Source of the DNA: Anaeromyxobacteraceae bacterium
Lineage (GTDB): Bacteria; Myxococcota; Myxococcia; Myxococcales; Anaeromyxobacteraceae
Length of the DNA stretch: 64,000 nucleotides
Direction: 5' to 3'
NCBI GenBank assembly: GCA_032654565.1
Contig: JAULAX010000015.1
Location: 960,001 to 1,024,000, forward strand
The translations under genes were made by a program, and so were the position numbers. Positions 60,244 through 64,000 of this stretch are shown in pieces. Within the stretch, counting starts at the first letter, position 1; the number at the start of each line of letters is the position of its first letter. The notes beneath the pieces are model-generated. The model did not search any database. It was not told the DNA's origin and was given only the letters and a program-made list of their open reading frames with translations.

Positions 60244-61170
60244 TCAGTGGCCGGCGAGGAACCGCTCGGCGTCGATGGCCGACATGCAGCCGGTGCCGGC
60301 GGCCGAGATGGCCTGCCGGTAGTTGGGGTCGGCCACGTCGCCGCAGGCGAAGACGCCGGGCACGCTGGTGGCGGTGGAGGGGGCCTTCACGGTGAGGTAG
60401 CCGACCTCGTTCATGTCGAGCTGCCCCTTGAAGAGGGCGGTGTTGGGCTCGTGGCCGATCCCCATGAAGAGCCCCTGCACCTTGAGCTCGCGGGTGGAGC
60501 CGTCGACGGTGCTCTTGAGCCTCAAGCCCGTGACCGCCTTGCCGTCGCCCAGCACCTCGTCGACCGCCGCGTTCCAGACCATGGAGATCTTGGGGTTCGC
60601 CCTGGCCTTCTGCTGCATGATCTTGGAGGCGCGCAGCTCGCCGCGGCGGTGGATGAGGTGGACCTTGGTGGCGAACTTGGTGAGGAAGGTGGCCTCCTCG
60701 ACGGCGGTGTCGCCGCCGCCCACCACCGCCACCTCGACGTTGCGGAAGAAGAAGCCGTCGCAGGTGGCGCAGGCCGAGACGCCGCGCCCCTGGTACTGCT
60801 TCTCCGAGGGGATATCGAGCCACTTGGCGGTGGCGCCGGTGGCGACGATGACGGCGTCGGCGGTGTACTCCTCGGCCTCGACCCAGAGCCGGAAGGGGCG
60901 CTTGGAGAGATCGACGCGGGTCACCTCGGCGGAGACGAAGCGGGTGCCGAAGCGGGTGGCCTGCTTCTTCATCTCCTCCATCAGCGCCGGCCCCATGACC
61001 CCGTCGGGGAAGCCGGGGAAGTTCTCCACCTCGCTGGTGATGGTGAGCTGGCCGCCCGGCTGGAACCCCTCGATCATGAGCGGCTGGAGCGTGGCCCGGG
61101 CCGCGTAGATGGCGGCGGTGTAGCCGGCCGGTCCGGAGCCGATGATGACGACCTTCTCGTGCTGGGCCAT
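60244..61170 (-). CDS. trxB: Thioredoxin reductase
   Basis: IIGSGPAGYTAAIYAAR, GGQL, SACATCDG, GGGDTAVEEA, GDVAD..YRQAISAAG. Confidence 0.97.
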   Translation of the reverse strand: MAQHEKVVIIGSGPAGYTAAIYAARATLQPLMIEGFQPGGQLTITSEVENFPGFPDGVMGPALMEEMKKQATRFGTRFVSAEVTRVDLSKRPFRLWVEAEEYTADAVIVATGATAKWLDIPSEKQYQGRGVSACATCDGFFFRNVEVAVVGGGDTAVEEATFLTKFATKVHLIHRRGELRASKIMQQKARANPKISMVWNAAVDEVLGDGKAVTGLRLKSTVDGSTRELKVQGLFMGIGHEPNTALFKGQLDMNEVGYLTVKAPSTATSVPGVFACGDVADPNYRQAISAAGTGCMSAIDAERFLAGH

Positions 61171-61272
61171 GGTGTTCCTCCCGGTGGACTGCAGCGTCAG
61201 GTTCTAGCCCCTGTGAGCCCTCCTGTCACCGGACGGTTCACGCCGCGCCCCCGTCTGGTATCGTCGCCCGGC

Positions 61273-61737
61273 ATGGATGCCGCCAGCCTGCGAGCCTGCC
61301 CGCTCTTCAAGACGCTCTCCTCCGGGCAGCTGGGCCGGATCGCGGCGGTGGCGGTGCGGCGGGAGCTGCCCGGCGGGGCCACCATCTTCGCCGAAGGGGC
61401 GAGCGGCGACGAGATGTACGTGGTCCTCTCCGGCCGGGTCCGCATCTCCAAGCGGCTGCCCGGGGTGGGCGAGGAGGCGCTGGCCATCCTCGAGCCGGGC
61501 GCCTACTTCGGCGAGATGGCCATGGTCGACGACTCTCCTCGCAGCGCCGACGCCCTGGCCCACACCAGCTGCGCCCTGGCGGTGATCAAGCGCGAGGAGC
61601 TGGAGCAGCTGATGTTCGTCGACAAGGACCTGGCCTACGTGGTGCTCTGGACCTTCGTGCGGACACTCTCGGTGCGGCTGCGCGAGATGAACGAGAAGAT
61701 CCAGGGCTTCTTCGCCATGACCGGGCCGTTCCGGTAG
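61273..61737 (+). CDS. Stand-alone cyclic nucleotide-binding domain protein
   Basis: From ATG 61273: IFAEG..GDEMYVVLSGRV, FGEMAMVDDSPRSADA (intact phosphate-binding cassette); no HTH. Confidence 0.88.
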   Translation: MDAASLRACPLFKTLSSGQLGRIAAVAVRRELPGGATIFAEGASGDEMYVVLSGRVRISKRLPGVGEEALAILEPGAYFGEMAMVDDSPRSADALAHTSCALAVIKREELEQLMFVDKDLAYVVLWTFVRTLSVRLREMNEKIQGFFAMTGPFR

Positions 61738-61751
61738 GCGAGGCCGACCCC

Positions 61752-62309
<558 letters not shown>

Positions 62310-62344
62310 GGCAACCTCTCGGAAGGAAATCAAGCCATGCTAAC

Positions 62345-63718
62345 ATGACGAGAATCAAGCCCATGGACCATCCGAACTCGCCAGACCAGGCCGGGCGGGA
62401 AGGGGGGCGCGCCGGTCCGGCGCTCCCGGAGGCGGAGGGGCGGGTGCTGGGCGGCCGGTACCGGCTGCTGCGCAAGCTCGGCACCGGCGGCATGGGCTCG
62501 GTCTGGCTCTGCGAGCACGTGGCGCTGGGGCGCCGCTACGCCCTCAAGGTCCTCAACGCCGACCGGGCCGCCAACCCCGAGCTGCTGCAGCGCTTCCGCC
62601 AGGAGGCCCGCGCCGCCAGCGGCATCTCCCAGGAGAACGTGGTCGACGTCTTCGACTCCGGCGAGGACGTCGGCGGCGAGCACTACTACGTGATGGAGGT
62701 GCTGGACGGACGGAGCCTGGGGCAGGTGCTGCGCGAGGACGGGCCGCTGCCGGTGGGGCGGGCGCTGCTGCTGCTCGAGCAGGTCTGCCGGGCCCTGGCC
62801 GCCGCCCACGGGCGCGGCGTGATCCACTGCGACGTCAAGCCGGACAACGTCCTGGTGCAGCGGCTGGCCGACGGCCGCGAGCAGGCCAAGCTCATCGACT
62901 TCGGCATCTCACGCCTGCCCGGGGCCGGGCGGCTCACCGTCGACGGCGAGGTGATCGGCACGCCCGAGTACATGTCGCCGGAGCAGGCGGCCGGCGAGGC
63001 GGTGGACGCGCTCACCGACGTCTACGCCGCCGGGGTGCTGGCCTTCGAGCTGCTCACCGGGTGCTTGCCGCTGGTGGGGCCGACCGCCATCGCCACGCTG
63101 GTGGCGCACCAGACCATGACCCCTGACGCGCCCGGGCAGCGCCGGCCCGGCCTGGGGCCGGCGGTGGACCAGCTGGTGCTGCGCGCCCTGGCCAAGCACC
63201 CGGCCGACCGCTTCCCCTCGATGCAGGCCATGGCCGCCGAGGTGATGCGGGTCCGGCTCCTCTCCAGCCTGTCGGTCCCGAGCCTGCGGGCCGAGGCCTG
63301 GACCGGCCCGGTCGAGACCCTGCCGCTCCCTGCCACGCGGGCCCGGCCGGATCTCTGGGAGCCCTCGCCCCGTCCGGAGGCGCGGCCGTCGGCCTCCCCG
63401 CCGTCGCCGCGGCGCCCCGGGCGCTGGCCGGGGCTGGCCCTGGCGCTGCTGGGGATCTCCGTCGCGCTGGTGGCGGCGTTCACCGCGGTGAGCCAGTGGA
63501 CCCGCCCGGCGCCGGCCCCGGCCCCGCGGGCGGTGGAGGCGGCGACGCGGCCGATCGCCGAGGAGCCGCCCCCGCCGGTGCTCCCCCGCCCCGTCGACGA
63601 GGAGCCGCCCGCCTCGGGGCGGGAGGCCCGGCCGGCCCACCCCCGGCCGCCCGGCGAAACTCCGGCGCACGATCCCTACGCGCCTGCTGATACGCTCAAG
63701 GCCGACCCCTTCAAGTGA
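62345..63718 (+). CDS. Membrane Ser/Thr protein kinase
   Basis: LGTGGMGSV, ALKVL, HCDVKPDN, DFG, GTPEYMSPEQ; TM; C-terminal LKADPFK tail. Confidence 0.92.
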   Translation: MTRIKPMDHPNSPDQAGREGGRAGPALPEAEGRVLGGRYRLLRKLGTGGMGSVWLCEHVALGRRYALKVLNADRAANPELLQRFRQEARAASGISQENVVDVFDSGEDVGGEHYYVMEVLDGRSLGQVLREDGPLPVGRALLLLEQVCRALAAAHGRGVIHCDVKPDNVLVQRLADGREQAKLIDFGISRLPGAGRLTVDGEVIGTPEYMSPEQAAGEAVDALTDVYAAGVLAFELLTGCLPLVGPTAIATLVAHQTMTPDAPGQRRPGLGPAVDQLVLRALAKHPADRFPSMQAMAAEVMRVRLLSSLSVPSLRAEAWTGPVETLPLPATRARPDLWEPSPRPEARPSASPPSPRRPGRWPGLALALLGISVALVAAFTAVSQWTRPAPAPAPRAVEAATRPIAEEPPPPVLPRPVDEEPPASGREARPAHPRPPGETPAHDPYAPADTLKADPFK

Positions 63719-64000
63719 ACCGCCCGCTCCTCATCGTCGGCGCCGCCCTGGCGCTCCTCCTGGCCGCGCCGGCCGTCGCCGCCGACGACGTCGCCGAGGC
63801 GCGGGCCCGCTTCGACCACGGCAGCAAGCTCTACCGGGCCGGCAAGTACCGCGAGGCCATCGCCGAGTTCGACGCCGCCTACCGGATCAAGCCGCACGGG
63901 GCCATCCACTTCAACGTCGCCCAGTGCCGCGAGAAGCTGGAGCAGTGGCCGGAGGCGCTGCGGAGCTACCAGGACTACCTGCGCGAGGTGCCCGACGCCC
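63715..64000 (+). CDS. Secreted TPR protein, truncated at the window end
   Basis: GTG overlapping the kinase stop; signal peptide; EARARFDHGSKLYRAGKYREAIAEFDAAY..HFNVAQCREKL. Confidence 0.8.
   Translation, partial: MNRPLLIVGAALALLLAAPAVAADDVAEARARFDHGSKLYRAGKYREAIAEFDAAYRIKPHGAIHFNVAQCREKLEQWPEALRSYQDYLREVPDA

Overview
Very GC-rich chromosomal window, most consistent with an Anaeromyxobacter-like Myxococcota genome (inferred from gene content and codon style). It holds about 59 CDS; I found no tRNA/rRNA, CRISPR array, transposase or phage genes. The housekeeping scaffold is trpB2, rsgA, bioH/bioC-like, ccsB/ccsA-like, epmA, rlmI-like, cbs-cgl, amgK-like, murU-like, glmS, glmU, pepF, moaC and trxB. 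Two paralogous, oppositely oriented modules lie within it, one between amgK and murU and one between glmS and glmU. Each module has a cation:solute (ActP-type) symporter, its small membrane subunit (DUF485 or DUF4212), a cNMP-CBS-CBS-GlnD-like nucleotidyltransferase (DUF294) and a stand-alone DEDDh 3'-5' exonuclease-fold protein. This is the best candidate for an uncharacterised writer/eraser nucleotidylation system controlling carboxylate uptake. The second module also carries a candidate nhaA-I-type (Li+/Na+) riboswitch, with promoter and overlapping terminator, ahead of an uncharacterised 142-aa protein. Other notable items: a phosphoesterase/kinase-USP pair, a receptor-less chemosensory cluster with two CheR, a cNMP-domain-fused nucleoside kinase, several probable leaderless genes and a probable CTG-initiated rsgA. 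All family calls come from motif recognition by eye; no searches were run.
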